Of a DNA stretch of 64,000 bases, positions 26,847 through 34,819 are shown one piece after another (positions within the stretch are counted from its first letter, which is position 1; every line of letters begins with the position of its first letter). The notes under the pieces are model-generated. The model saw nothing but the letters and a program-made list of their open reading frames with translations, searched no databases and was not told the DNA's origin. The stretch lies in NCBI GenBank assembly GCA_045532175.1, contig JAZSFK010000028.1, forward strand, positions 11,752 to 75,751. The letters are read 5' to 3'. Origin of the DNA: Candidatus Fimenecus sp. Lineage in GTDB: Bacteria > Bacillota > Clostridia > Oscillospirales > Acutalibacteraceae. A program made the position numbers and the translations under genes.

Positions 26847-28370
26847 TTATTCAAAATTCCTGTCAAAACTTCTGTATTGAATTGCCTCCGTAATATGGTG
26901 TGTTTCAATTATTTCTGAATTCTCAAGGTCAGCAATTGTTCTTGCAATCCTCAAAACTTTGTCATAAGCACGTGCGGAAAGGGATAATCTTTCAAATGCA
27001 GTTTTCAAAATCATTAAAGCACTTTCCGTCATTCTGCAATATTTTCTTGTACTTGCAGCATCCATTTTTGCATTACAAGTAATCTTTGTGCCTTCAAATC
27101 GTTTGTGTTGAATCTCTCTTGCTTTTTCAACTCTCTTTTTGATTTCTGATGAGGATTCAGCCTTGCTCGTACCTGAAAGATTTTCAAAATCAACCGGAGG
27201 AACGTTTATATGTATGTCAAGTCTGTCAATAAGCGGTCCGCTAACTCTGTTTAAATATCTTTGTGCAACACCTTGTGAACATGTACACGGTCTGGTTGGA
27301 TGTCCGTGATAACCACAAGGACAAGGATTCATAGCACAAATCATCATAACTGAACAAGGATATTGAAATTTTGCCAAAGCACGTGAAATACTGATTACAC
27401 CGTCCTCAATGGGCTGGCGAAGAACTTCAAGTGTGTTTCTTGTAAACTCGGGTAATTCATCAAGAAATAAAACACCATTGTGTGCTAAGGATACCTCACC
27501 GGGTCTTGGAATAGCACCGCCACCTGAAAGACCCGCGGGAGATACTGTATGATGTGGTGAACGGAATGGTCTTGAACGAATCAGCGAAATTCCGCTCGGT
27601 AATGCACCTGCAATTGAATAGATGTTTGTTGTTTCTATAGACTCGTCAAAGGTCATATCCGGAAGAATGGATGGCATTCTTTTAGCTAACATGCTTTTAC
27701 CTGAACCGGGAGGACCAATCATAAGAACGTTATGTCCACCTGCTGCTGCAATCTCCAGTGCACGTTTGACTTCCTCCTGACCTCTGACATCAGCAAAATC
27801 AGGAATATTTGTGGGATTATAGTATTCAGTATAATCATCACTAGTAACAGGGGAGAGTGTTTCAATCCCTGCCAGATGTTTTAGAAGTTCTATCACACTC
27901 TTGACAGGATACACCTCGATTCCATTTACAACGGCACCTTCACTCATGTTTTCAAAAGGAATAAAAATCTGCTTTATTCCATTATTCTTTGCACAGAGCA
28001 CCATTGGTAGGATACCATTTACTTTTCTCAATTCACCATCAAGGGAAAGTTCGCCAATAAATGCCATATCATCAGTAACACCCTTCAACTGTTCATTGGC
28101 AGAAAGCAGTGCTATGAGTATGGGGAGGTCGTATAAGGGCCCTTCCTTTTTCATATCAGCAGGAGCAAGATTAACAGTAATTCTGCTGACAGGGTATTGA
28201 AGATTGGCATTTTTAATTGCGGCACGGACTCTTTCACGACTTTCAGATACTGCAGTATCAGGAAGACCTACAATATCGAAACGTGGCAATCCACCTGAAA
28301 TATCCGCCTCAACAATTACCTTGTATGCATGCATTCCAAACAGTCCGAAACTGATTATTCTTGAGAACAT
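26847..28370 (-). CDS. comM: YifB/ComM family Mg-chelatase-like AAA+ ATPase
   Basis: N-terminal Lon-protease-like domain (MFSRIISFGLFGMHAYKVIVEADIS..GLPDTAVSESRERV). Walker A GPPGSGKSM, Walker B LFLDELPEF, and a Cys cluster CPCGYHGHPTRPCTC. The ORF is open to 28385, but the MFS.. start fits family N-termini. Confidence 0.85.
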   Translation of the reverse strand: MFSRIISFGLFGMHAYKVIVEADISGGLPRFDIVGLPDTAVSESRERVRAAIKNANLQYPVSRITVNLAPADMKKEGPLYDLPILIALLSANEQLKGVTDDMAFIGELSLDGELRKVNGILPMVLCAKNNGIKQIFIPFENMSEGAVVNGIEVYPVKSVIELLKHLAGIETLSPVTSDDYTEYYNPTNIPDFADVRGQEEVKRALEIAAAGGHNVLMIGPPGSGKSMLAKRMPSILPDMTFDESIETTNIYSIAGALPSGISLIRSRPFRSPHHTVSPAGLSGGGAIPRPGEVSLAHNGVLFLDELPEFTRNTLEVLRQPIEDGVISISRALAKFQYPCSVMMICAMNPCPCGYHGHPTRPCTCSQGVAQRYLNRVSGPLIDRLDIHINVPPVDFENLSGTSKAESSSEIKKRVEKAREIQHKRFEGTKITCNAKMDAASTRKYCRMTESALMILKTAFERLSLSARAYDKVLRIARTIADLENSEIIETHHITEAIQYRSFDRNFE

Positions 28371-28506
28371 AGTCATCACATCCAATATAATCTGTAATAA
28401 TTATACTATACCATGAATATCCTTTTCAATATAAAATTAAATATATGTTTACATTTTGAAATAAAAGGAGTAAAATACATATCAGATAATATGGGAGGTA
28501 TTGTAT

Positions 28507-30225
28507 ATGAATGATATTAACAGACTTTACGACATATGGCTCTCTTCTGCTGTTGCAGATAAGGATTTAATCCCTGAACTTGAAAGTATAAAGGGTGACG
28601 AAGAAGCCATCCTCGACCGTTTTTATAAGAATCTTGAATTTGGTACTGCAGGTCTTCGTGGTGTTATTGGTGCAGGTACAAACAGAATGAATGTATATAC
28701 CGTAAACCAGGCAACACAGGGTTTGGCTGACTATCTTAATGAAAGCTTTGATAATCCGTCAGTTGCAATTGCTTATGATTCACGAATCAAGTCAAAGGAA
28801 TTTGCTGAAAGTGCCGCAGGAGTTCTTGCAGCCAACGGAATTAAAGTATATATTTATCCCGAGCTTGTTCCAACCCCAATGCTTTCATTTGCGGTAAGAA
28901 GACTTGGTTGTTCATCAGGTATTATCATTACCGCAAGCCATAATCCATCAAAATACAACGGATTTAAGTGCTATGACCCAAATGGTTATCAAATGACTGA
29001 TGATGCAGCAGAAAAGACGTATGGTTATATTCAGAATATTGATATGTTCTCCGGTGTAAAGACAATGAGCTTTGAAGATGCCCTTGCAGAAGATATGGTT
29101 GATTTCATTGAGGACTGGCTTTATGACGAATTCTACAATAAAGTCCTCTCAGCACTTGTTAATAAGGATGCTATCAAAAAAGCGAATCTTAAACTTATAT
29201 ATACCCCTCTTAATGGTGCAGGTAATAAACCGGTTCGTAAAATTCTTAAAATGGCAGGGATTAAAGATGTAACTGTTGTTAAGGAACAGGAAAAACCTGA
29301 TGGTAATTTTCCGACTTGTCCGTATCCAAACCCTGAAATTCGTCAAGCTTTTGAGTGTGCTATTGAAACCGCAAAAGGAACAGATGCCGATTTGTTACTA
29401 GCTACTGACCCTGACTGTGACCGTGTTGGTATTGCAGTTAAGGATGGCGACGATTATGTGCTTATGACGGGTAATGAGGTTGGTGCTATGCTTTGTGAGT
29501 ACCTTCTTTCAAGTCTTAAGGAACAAGGTAAACTACCGCAGACTCCTGTTGTGGTAAAATCAATAGTGACAACGCCACTTATTGAAACCATTTGCGCATC
29601 ATACGGTGCTAAGGTAGCAGATTTGCTTACGGGATTTAAGTATATTGGCGAGCTTATTACTAGCCTGGAAAAAGATGGTAAAGAAGATGATTTTGTAATA
29701 GGTATGGAAGAGTCGTATGGTTATCTTCGTGGTACTCATGCAAGGGATAAGGATGCGGTTGTTGCATCTCTTATGATTGGTGAAATGGCTGCTTTTTATA
29801 AGCTTAAAGGAATATCACTTAAACAGTTTATGGACGGCATTTACGAAAAATACGGAATGTATCTTAATACTGTACTCAACTTCTCTTTTGAAGGTGCAAG
29901 TGGAATGCAGAAAATGGCAGATATTATGAACTCACTTCGTGAAGATGCTCCAAAATCTTTTGCATGTAAAAATGTTATTAAGGTTGCTGATTACAAGACA
30001 AGTAGAATTGTTGATGTTGCAACAGGTGAGGAGAGTGTAATTGACCTTCCAAAGTCAAATGTGCTTTCTTATTCTCTTGAAGATAACAGCAAGGTAATTG
30101 TTCGTCCATCAGGTACTGAACCTAAAATTAAGATTTATATTACTGCTTGTGGTAATACAAGAGCAGAGTCAGAGGAAAAAACAATAAAAATATCTGATGA
30201 TGCAAGAAAAATTTTAGGAGTATAA
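28507..30225 (+). CDS. Phosphoglucomutase / phospho-sugar mutase (PgcA-like)
   Basis: Active-site TASHNPSKYNG, Mg loop DPDCDR, sugar loop GMEESYG. ATG 28507 is 7 nt after GGGAGGT. Confidence 0.88.
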   Translation: MNDINRLYDIWLSSAVADKDLIPELESIKGDEEAILDRFYKNLEFGTAGLRGVIGAGTNRMNVYTVNQATQGLADYLNESFDNPSVAIAYDSRIKSKEFAESAAGVLAANGIKVYIYPELVPTPMLSFAVRRLGCSSGIIITASHNPSKYNGFKCYDPNGYQMTDDAAEKTYGYIQNIDMFSGVKTMSFEDALAEDMVDFIEDWLYDEFYNKVLSALVNKDAIKKANLKLIYTPLNGAGNKPVRKILKMAGIKDVTVVKEQEKPDGNFPTCPYPNPEIRQAFECAIETAKGTDADLLLATDPDCDRVGIAVKDGDDYVLMTGNEVGAMLCEYLLSSLKEQGKLPQTPVVVKSIVTTPLIETICASYGAKVADLLTGFKYIGELITSLEKDGKEDDFVIGMEESYGYLRGTHARDKDAVVASLMIGEMAAFYKLKGISLKQFMDGIYEKYGMYLNTVLNFSFEGASGMQKMADIMNSLREDAPKSFACKNVIKVADYKTSRIVDVATGEESVIDLPKSNVLSYSLEDNSKVIVRPSGTEPKIKIYITACGNTRAESEEKTIKISDDARKILGV

Positions 30226-30227
30226 AA

Positions 30228-30326
30228 ATGAATAGAGATAAATTCGTAAAGATAACAGCAATAATTTTGGCTGCCATAATCGGATTAAGTTCAGCCTCAA
30301 TTTTGCTAAATGTTTTCCTATATTAA
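30228..30326 (+). CDS. Possible 32-aa membrane peptide
   Basis: ATG 2 nt after the pgm stop gives MNRDKFVKITAIILAAIIGLSSASILLNVFLY. It is followed 4 nt later by a strong terminator. Below the ORF-track cutoff. Confidence 0.35.
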   Translation: MNRDKFVKITAIILAAIIGLSSASILLNVFLY

Positions 30327-30330
30327 AACG

Positions 30331-30362
30331 TTAAGACCACGAATTTTCGTGGTCTTAATTTT
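30331..30362 (+). terminator. Rho-independent terminator
   Basis: TTAAGACCACGAA / TTCGTGGTCTTAA inverted repeat followed by TTTT. Confidence 0.8.
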
Positions 30363-30399
30363 AGATATTTTATTTGTATATTTTATACATAAATATTTG

Positions 30400-30427
30400 T
30401 TGACTTTTATTTTTTTTGTGCTATAAT
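30400..30427 (+). promoter_or_regulatory. Sigma-A type promoter for the sigma-factor gene
   Basis: TTGACT (30400-05), 16-nt spacer, TGc-TATAAT (30419-27). Confidence 0.55.
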
Positions 30428-30476
30428 TTAAGATGAAATTAGAGTGTGAATATATATTAGACTTTTTTGAGGTGAT

Positions 30477-31043
30477 TTGTTGAATTTTGTTCAATTGAGT
30501 GATAATGAGCTTGTTGAGTTTGCAAAAATTGGTAATGGTGCTGCTCTTCAGGTTCTTATTGAACGATATTCTGATAAAATCCTTCAAAAGGCAAGGTCTT
30601 TCAAAAGTATTATCGGTTTGGAAAATGACGACCTTCATCAAGAAGGGATGTTGGGTTTTGTGTCAGCTGTTTATTCTTTTGACAAATCCCGTGATGTTTC
30701 ATTCGCTACATATGCATCTACTGTTTCAACACACAGGATGTTGTCAGCCATACGTAAAACTAATAAGGATATTCCACTTAGTTCATATATCTCCATTGAC
30801 GATGAGAAAGATTTACTTTCAGAAATTCCTTCTCCGGAGGAATCAGTTCTTTTTGCTGAGAAACTCGATGAGATAAATGTTTTCGTTAAAGAGAATTTTT
30901 CTAAGACAGAGAAGAAAGTTTTTAAATTGACTTTACTTGGACTTTCATACTCTGAGATTGCTGACATAATAGATTGCAACGAAAAATCTGTTGACAATAC
31001 AATTCAGAGAATACGCCGAAAATTCAAGAAATTTAACGAATAA
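30477..31043 (+). CDS. Sigma-70 family sigma factor, SigH-like
   Basis: TTG start 5 nt after GAGGTG. Region 2 HQEGMLGFVSAVYSFD..SFATYA and region 4 LSYSEIADIIDCNEKSVDNTIQRIRRKFKKF are co-linear with my recollection of Bacillus SigH (QEGMIGLYKSIRDF.., SYQEISDEL..KSIDNALQRVKRKLEKY). Confidence 0.65.
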   Translation: MLNFVQLSDNELVEFAKIGNGAALQVLIERYSDKILQKARSFKSIIGLENDDLHQEGMLGFVSAVYSFDKSRDVSFATYASTVSTHRMLSAIRKTNKDIPLSSYISIDDEKDLLSEIPSPEESVLFAEKLDEINVFVKENFSKTEKKVFKLTLLGLSYSEIADIIDCNEKSVDNTIQRIRRKFKKFNE

Positions 31044-31143
31044 TTTAATAAGAAATATGCCCATTTCTCTTAGAGAGCATTTTTATAATGGTGCGGTGCG
31101 ATTCCGTGTGGGGTAAAAATAAAAAATTTGTGAGGTTACTAAA

Positions 31144-31428
31144 ATGTACGAAGACAAGACACTCGTCTGCAAAACTTGTGGAAATGAATTTGTTTTCACA
31201 GCAGGCGAACAGGAATTTTATGCTGAGAAAGGACTTGTAAACGAACCAAAGTCATGCAAGGAATGTCGTGTAGCACGTAAAAATGCAGCACGTGGTGCAG
31301 TTGAATATCATACAACTGTTTGTGCAGCTTGTGGTGGCGAGGCAAAAGTCAGATTTGAGCCAAAGGGTGACAGACCTGTATATTGCAGCACCTGCTTTGA
31401 AAAAATCAAGAGTGAACAGGCTGAATGA
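31144..31428 (+). CDS. Zinc-ribbon protein (CxxC-x17-CxxC type, duplicated)
   Basis: 94 aa with CKTC..17..CKEC and CAAC..17..CSTC. RBS GAGG. Confidence 0.6.
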   Translation: MYEDKTLVCKTCGNEFVFTAGEQEFYAEKGLVNEPKSCKECRVARKNAARGAVEYHTTVCAACGGEAKVRFEPKGDRPVYCSTCFEKIKSEQAE

Positions 31429-31525
31429 TTTATAAATGCTTTTAAAGGCACAGGGTATTTGTACTCTGTGCCTTTTTGTGTATATTTTTCCTTTTTTCAT
31501 AAATAATAAAACAGGAGGAATGTAT

Positions 31526-31879
31526 ATGGATTTTCTTAAAGCATTTATAATAGGTGGTCTAATATGTGTTGTTGGTCAGTTGTTGATTGATTGCACGAAA
31601 TTGACTCCGGCTCGTATTCTGGTATCATTTGTTGTGATTGGTGTAATTCTTGGTGGTATCGGTCTGTATCAGCCGTTAGTAGATTTTGCAGGAGCAGGAG
31701 CAACAGTACCGTTGACCGGCTTTGGTAATACACTTGCGCAAGGAACAAAGGAGGCTATCCGTGAAAAGGGTGCTTTGGGTATTCTGACAGGGCCGTTGTC
31801 ATCTGCGTCGGTGGGAATTACTGTAGCTATGGTGTGCGGACTAATTGTAGCTTTTGTAACAAAGCCAAAATCCAAATAA
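31526..31879 (+). CDS. spoVAE: Stage V sporulation protein AE (SpoVAEb-type, about 117 aa)
   Basis: ATG 31526 is 7 nt after AGGAGG. The sequence MDFLKAFIIGGLICVVGQLLID..TPARILV..GLYQPLVDFAGAGATVPLTGFGN is typical of SpoVAE. Confidence 0.8.
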   Translation: MDFLKAFIIGGLICVVGQLLIDCTKLTPARILVSFVVIGVILGGIGLYQPLVDFAGAGATVPLTGFGNTLAQGTKEAIREKGALGILTGPLSSASVGITVAMVCGLIVAFVTKPKSK

Positions 31880-31907
31880 AAAAGGACTGTTCGTAAAAGA
31901 ACAGTCC
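31878..31907 (-). terminator. Terminator (T-tract on the minus strand) between spoVAE and a convergent small ORF
   Basis: GGACTGTTC / GAACAGTCC stem. The A-run on the + strand side is the T-tract for the minus-strand gene. Confidence 0.6.
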
Positions 31908-31925
31908 ATAACATGTAGAACAAAC

Positions 31926-32105
31926 TCAGGCAACAGTTTCAGAAACGAATGTGTCGTCACAGCATGAGCATGAAACATAATTTTCAGCTTCGTTGCCGAT
32001 TACAACTCTCTTACTGTCAACATACTTTTTAATAAGAACATAAGCTACAACTGCAATAGCAGCAATACCAACAATAACTGCAAGAACTTTTAAAGTCTTT
32101 TTCAT
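31926..32105 (-). CDS. 59-aa membrane-anchored protein with a Cys-rich tail
   Basis: RBS GGAGG 7 nt upstream. Sequence MKKTLKVLAVIVGIAAIAVVAYVLIKKYVDSKRVVIGNEAENYVSCSCCDDTFVSETVA. One codon below the track cutoff. Confidence 0.5.
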   Translation of the reverse strand: MKKTLKVLAVIVGIAAIAVVAYVLIKKYVDSKRVVIGNEAENYVSCSCCDDTFVSETVA

Positions 32106-32178
32106 AATTGAATACCTCCAAAATAAACTACAATTGTATTATATATAATTAACGATAAAAAGTCAATGAATTATTTGT

Positions 32179-32216
32179 AAAAAAAGAAAAATGCCGAAGA
32201 CTTTCGTCAACGGCAA
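32179..32216 (-). terminator. rpsT terminator
   Basis: On the minus strand, TGCCG..CGGCA hairpin followed by a T-rich run (A-run 32179-32190 on the + strand). Confidence 0.55.
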
Positions 32217-32227
32217 AGAACTACGCA

Positions 32228-32485
32228 TTAAGCCTTGTTAAGTTTTGTAACGAGGGCAGACTTTTTACGAGCTGCATTATTCTTATGAAGAAGACCTTTA
32301 GCAGCAGCCTGGTCGATTTTCTTAACAGCAACTTTAACAAGCTCTTCCTTGTCAGCAGCTTTTGTTTCAATAGCAACATTTGCCTTTTTGATGGCTGTTT
32401 TAAGAGCAGAGTTAGCTGACTTATTACGCTGAGCCTTTGTCTTGTTAACGAGAACACGCTTTTTAGCTGATTTGATGTTTGGCAT
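32228..32485 (-). CDS. rpsT: 30S ribosomal protein S20
   Basis: MPNIKSAKKRVLVNKTKAQRNKS... 85 aa, RBS AAGGAGGTG. Confidence 0.95.
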   Translation of the reverse strand: MPNIKSAKKRVLVNKTKAQRNKSANSALKTAIKKANVAIETKAADKEELVKVAVKKIDQAAAKGLLHKNNAARKKSALVTKLNKA

Positions 32486-32618
32486 ATTCGTTACACCTCC
32501 TTACGTATTTACAGATACATATATTACCACGGAATAAAACAAAAATCAAGTTATTTTTTTTATTTTGAACAAAATTTTTCAAGGGTAGTAAAATATAGCG
32601 AAATAGGGCGGAAGGTAT

Positions 32619-33437
32619 ATGAACTTAAGAACTGATATTGCACATGAAAGACAGATAGCTATATCAAAAGACAAGGTTAATGGTGTTGATGTTAAACAAT
32701 GGACGGAAGATAAAACAGAAATAACCTTAACAGAAATAAAAACTGACGAGGCAGAAAGGGTTATGAATAAAGCGAAAGGAAAATATATAACCCTAAAACT
32801 TCCGGAGTTTTCCCATGAAAGTGAGTTGACAGACGGCAGACTTAATGCGTTGACTAAACAGATTAAAGAACTGTTGCCTGAAAATGCTAAATCTTTTCTT
32901 GTAGCCGGACTTGGTAATGAAAACATAACTCCGGATGCATTAGGACCGTTATGCTCAAGAAAAATCCTGTCCACAAGACATTTTGAAGAACTTTTAGAGA
33001 ACGATTTGTTTATATCAAGGCTTAACCCGGTATCGTCAATATCTACAGGGGTACTTGGACAGACTGGTATTGAAACAGCTGAATATATAAAAGGAATTGT
33101 TGATATTGTAAAGCCCGATTTAGTAATACTTGTTGACGCATTAGCAACCATAAGGCATGAAAATTTATGTAAGACAATACAGATAACAAATACAGGTATT
33201 TCACCGGGCTCAGGTGTGGGTAATTACAGAAAGTATATTGACAAGGATACACTGAACACACCTGTTATTTCTATTGGTGTTCCTACTGTAATCAATATTG
33301 AAAATGAAGATAATATGATTGTTACACCAAGGGAGATTGATACAATTATAGAAAGAGCATCCGCTTTGATTGCGATGGGAATAAACTGTGCAATACAGCC
33401 ACAGATAGAGCCTGAATTGTTCTTAGCTTTATCATAA
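32619..33437 (+). CDS. gpr: Germination protease (spore endopeptidase GPR)
   Basis: N-terminal MNLRTDIAHE, GLGN..ITPDALGP, and the VDAL block. Conserved rpsT-gpr-spoIIP neighbourhood. Confidence 0.85.
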   Translation: MNLRTDIAHERQIAISKDKVNGVDVKQWTEDKTEITLTEIKTDEAERVMNKAKGKYITLKLPEFSHESELTDGRLNALTKQIKELLPENAKSFLVAGLGNENITPDALGPLCSRKILSTRHFEELLENDLFISRLNPVSSISTGVLGQTGIETAEYIKGIVDIVKPDLVILVDALATIRHENLCKTIQITNTGISPGSGVGNYRKYIDKDTLNTPVISIGVPTVINIENEDNMIVTPREIDTIIERASALIAMGINCAIQPQIEPELFLALS

Positions 33438-33483
33438 ATGAAAAAAATTTCTCATAATCTTGAATTGACAATAATATGAGAGA

Positions 33484-34605
33484 GTGAATAAATTGAATAA
33501 AAGGACAAACAATGGAGATTTAGTTTCCGAAATAATAGTTAAATCAGTTATACCAATTTTTTTATCGTTGCTTATATTTACAGAAGGTGTTATTGATTCT
33601 GCGATAGGTGTTATTGAGTTTTCATTGTTTTTTCTAAATCCGGCAAGCCGTTTATATATATCTGAAACTACAAATGATGTCTCTTACGGTGATAGTATTG
33701 ATATGAATCTTTCTGATACTGAATCAAAGGATACAGTGTCTTCCGGTATTGTGACAAGTGTTCCTGAAGATGTGTTGCAAATTATGGTTGAGGCACAGCA
33801 AACTTATGCAGATTCGTCAAATGACGGAAAAATCATTGAAGCAGATTATTCAACTCAAAATGCAACATTGGAATTTAATGGTATTTATTTAAGAAATTCT
33901 ACTCTTAACCATTCCGTGGATATTAATGATTATATGAGCAAAAGAATCAATATTCGTATTGATAAAACCAAACCCACCGTTTTGATTTATCACACCCATA
34001 CAAGCGAAACCTACGAGCTACTTGATAGGGGATATTATACAAACACAAGAAGCACGAGAAGCAATAATGAAAAAGAAAATATGATTCGTATTGGTAAGGA
34101 GATTTGCGAAACGCTGGAAAAGATGGGCTATAAAACAATTCACAACACAACGGTGTATGATACAGAGTATGATGGTGCCTATGAACGTTCTTGTGCTGAG
34201 ATATCTGAAATTATAGAAAAGAATCCGTCTATTCAAATTGCTATTGATGTACATAGAGGAACAATTTATCAAAAAGATGGTACGAAAATCAAAACAGTAA
34301 CAACAATCAACGGTACAAAAGCAGCACAAATACTTATAATCAGCGGGTGTGAAGACGGAAATGTCACAAACTTTCCTGATTGGGAAAAGAACCTAACCTT
34401 TGCACTAAATTTACAAAAAGAGATTGTTAACATATACCCAAAACTTGCAAGACCTATAATGTTTTGCAGCAGGAAATACAATATGCATCTTTTGCCGAAT
34501 GCCCTGCAAGTTGAAATAGGTACGGATGGGAATACATTGGCAGAGGCGGTTTTTTCCGCAAGATTATTCGCGTTATCATTAGCAGAGTTTTTAGAGGAGT
34601 ATTGA
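33484..34605 (+). CDS. spoIIP: Stage II sporulation protein P
   Basis: N-terminal TM. Motifs VLIYHTHTSETY, IAIDVHRG, and a C-terminal LQVEIG..GNT. Immediately downstream of gpr. Confidence 0.85.
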   Translation: MNKLNKRTNNGDLVSEIIVKSVIPIFLSLLIFTEGVIDSAIGVIEFSLFFLNPASRLYISETTNDVSYGDSIDMNLSDTESKDTVSSGIVTSVPEDVLQIMVEAQQTYADSSNDGKIIEADYSTQNATLEFNGIYLRNSTLNHSVDINDYMSKRINIRIDKTKPTVLIYHTHTSETYELLDRGYYTNTRSTRSNNEKENMIRIGKEICETLEKMGYKTIHNTTVYDTEYDGAYERSCAEISEIIEKNPSIQIAIDVHRGTIYQKDGTKIKTVTTINGTKAAQILIISGCEDGNVTNFPDWEKNLTFALNLQKEIVNIYPKLARPIMFCSRKYNMHLLPNALQVEIGTDGNTLAEAVFSARLFALSLAEFLEEY

Positions 34606-34607
34606 TT

Positions 34608-34733
34608 ATGTCGGAAATTAAAAGAATTCTAAAAGGCTATCTTATTTCTGTTATAGTTACAGTGTTGACAACAATTCTATTATGTTCTGTCTTCATTGTC
34701 CAAAATAATACTGATAAAATGCTTTTTGGTTAA
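34608..34733 (+). CDS. Possible 41-aa membrane peptide
   Basis: ATG 8 nt after GAGGAG gives MSEIKRILKGYLISVIVTVLTTILLCSVFIVQNNTDKMLFG. It starts 2 nt after the spoIIP stop. Confidence 0.35.
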   Translation: MSEIKRILKGYLISVIVTVLTTILLCSVFIVQNNTDKMLFG

Positions 34734-34739
34734 TTCTTC

Positions 34740-34768
34740 TTGCATTGATTCCTTTTGTAGTGTATAAT
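34740..34768 (+). promoter_or_regulatory. Sigma-A type promoter for yhaM
   Basis: TTGCAT (34740-45), 17-nt spacer, TATAAT (34763-68). The palindrome CACACAAAGTTTGTGTG at 34794-34810 lies in the short leader. Confidence 0.45.
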
Positions 34769-34819
34769 TCTATATATAAAATACGAAAGGGAACACACAA
34801 AGTTTGTGTGCTTATATTT

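Noticed and set aside
23762-28370. RecD2 helicase and ComM/YifB ATPase as parts of a defence system
   Set aside because: Both match housekeeping families that are conserved in Firmicutes. They are separated by a thiamine riboswitch-thiT unit, and no nuclease, methylase or other defence partner is adjacent.
30477-31428. Sigma factor plus downstream zinc-binding protein as a sigma/anti-sigma pair
   Set aside because: The zinc-ribbon protein lies 100 nt away with its own RBS and leader. It has no TM segment or HxxxCxxC anti-sigma motif, and it looks like the widespread duplicated CxxC-x17-CxxC ribbon family.
32579-33151. 190-aa minus-strand ORF antisense to gpr
   Set aside because: It overlaps the clearly recognisable germination protease gene. 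It is Ser-rich, has no recognisable motifs and no RBS.
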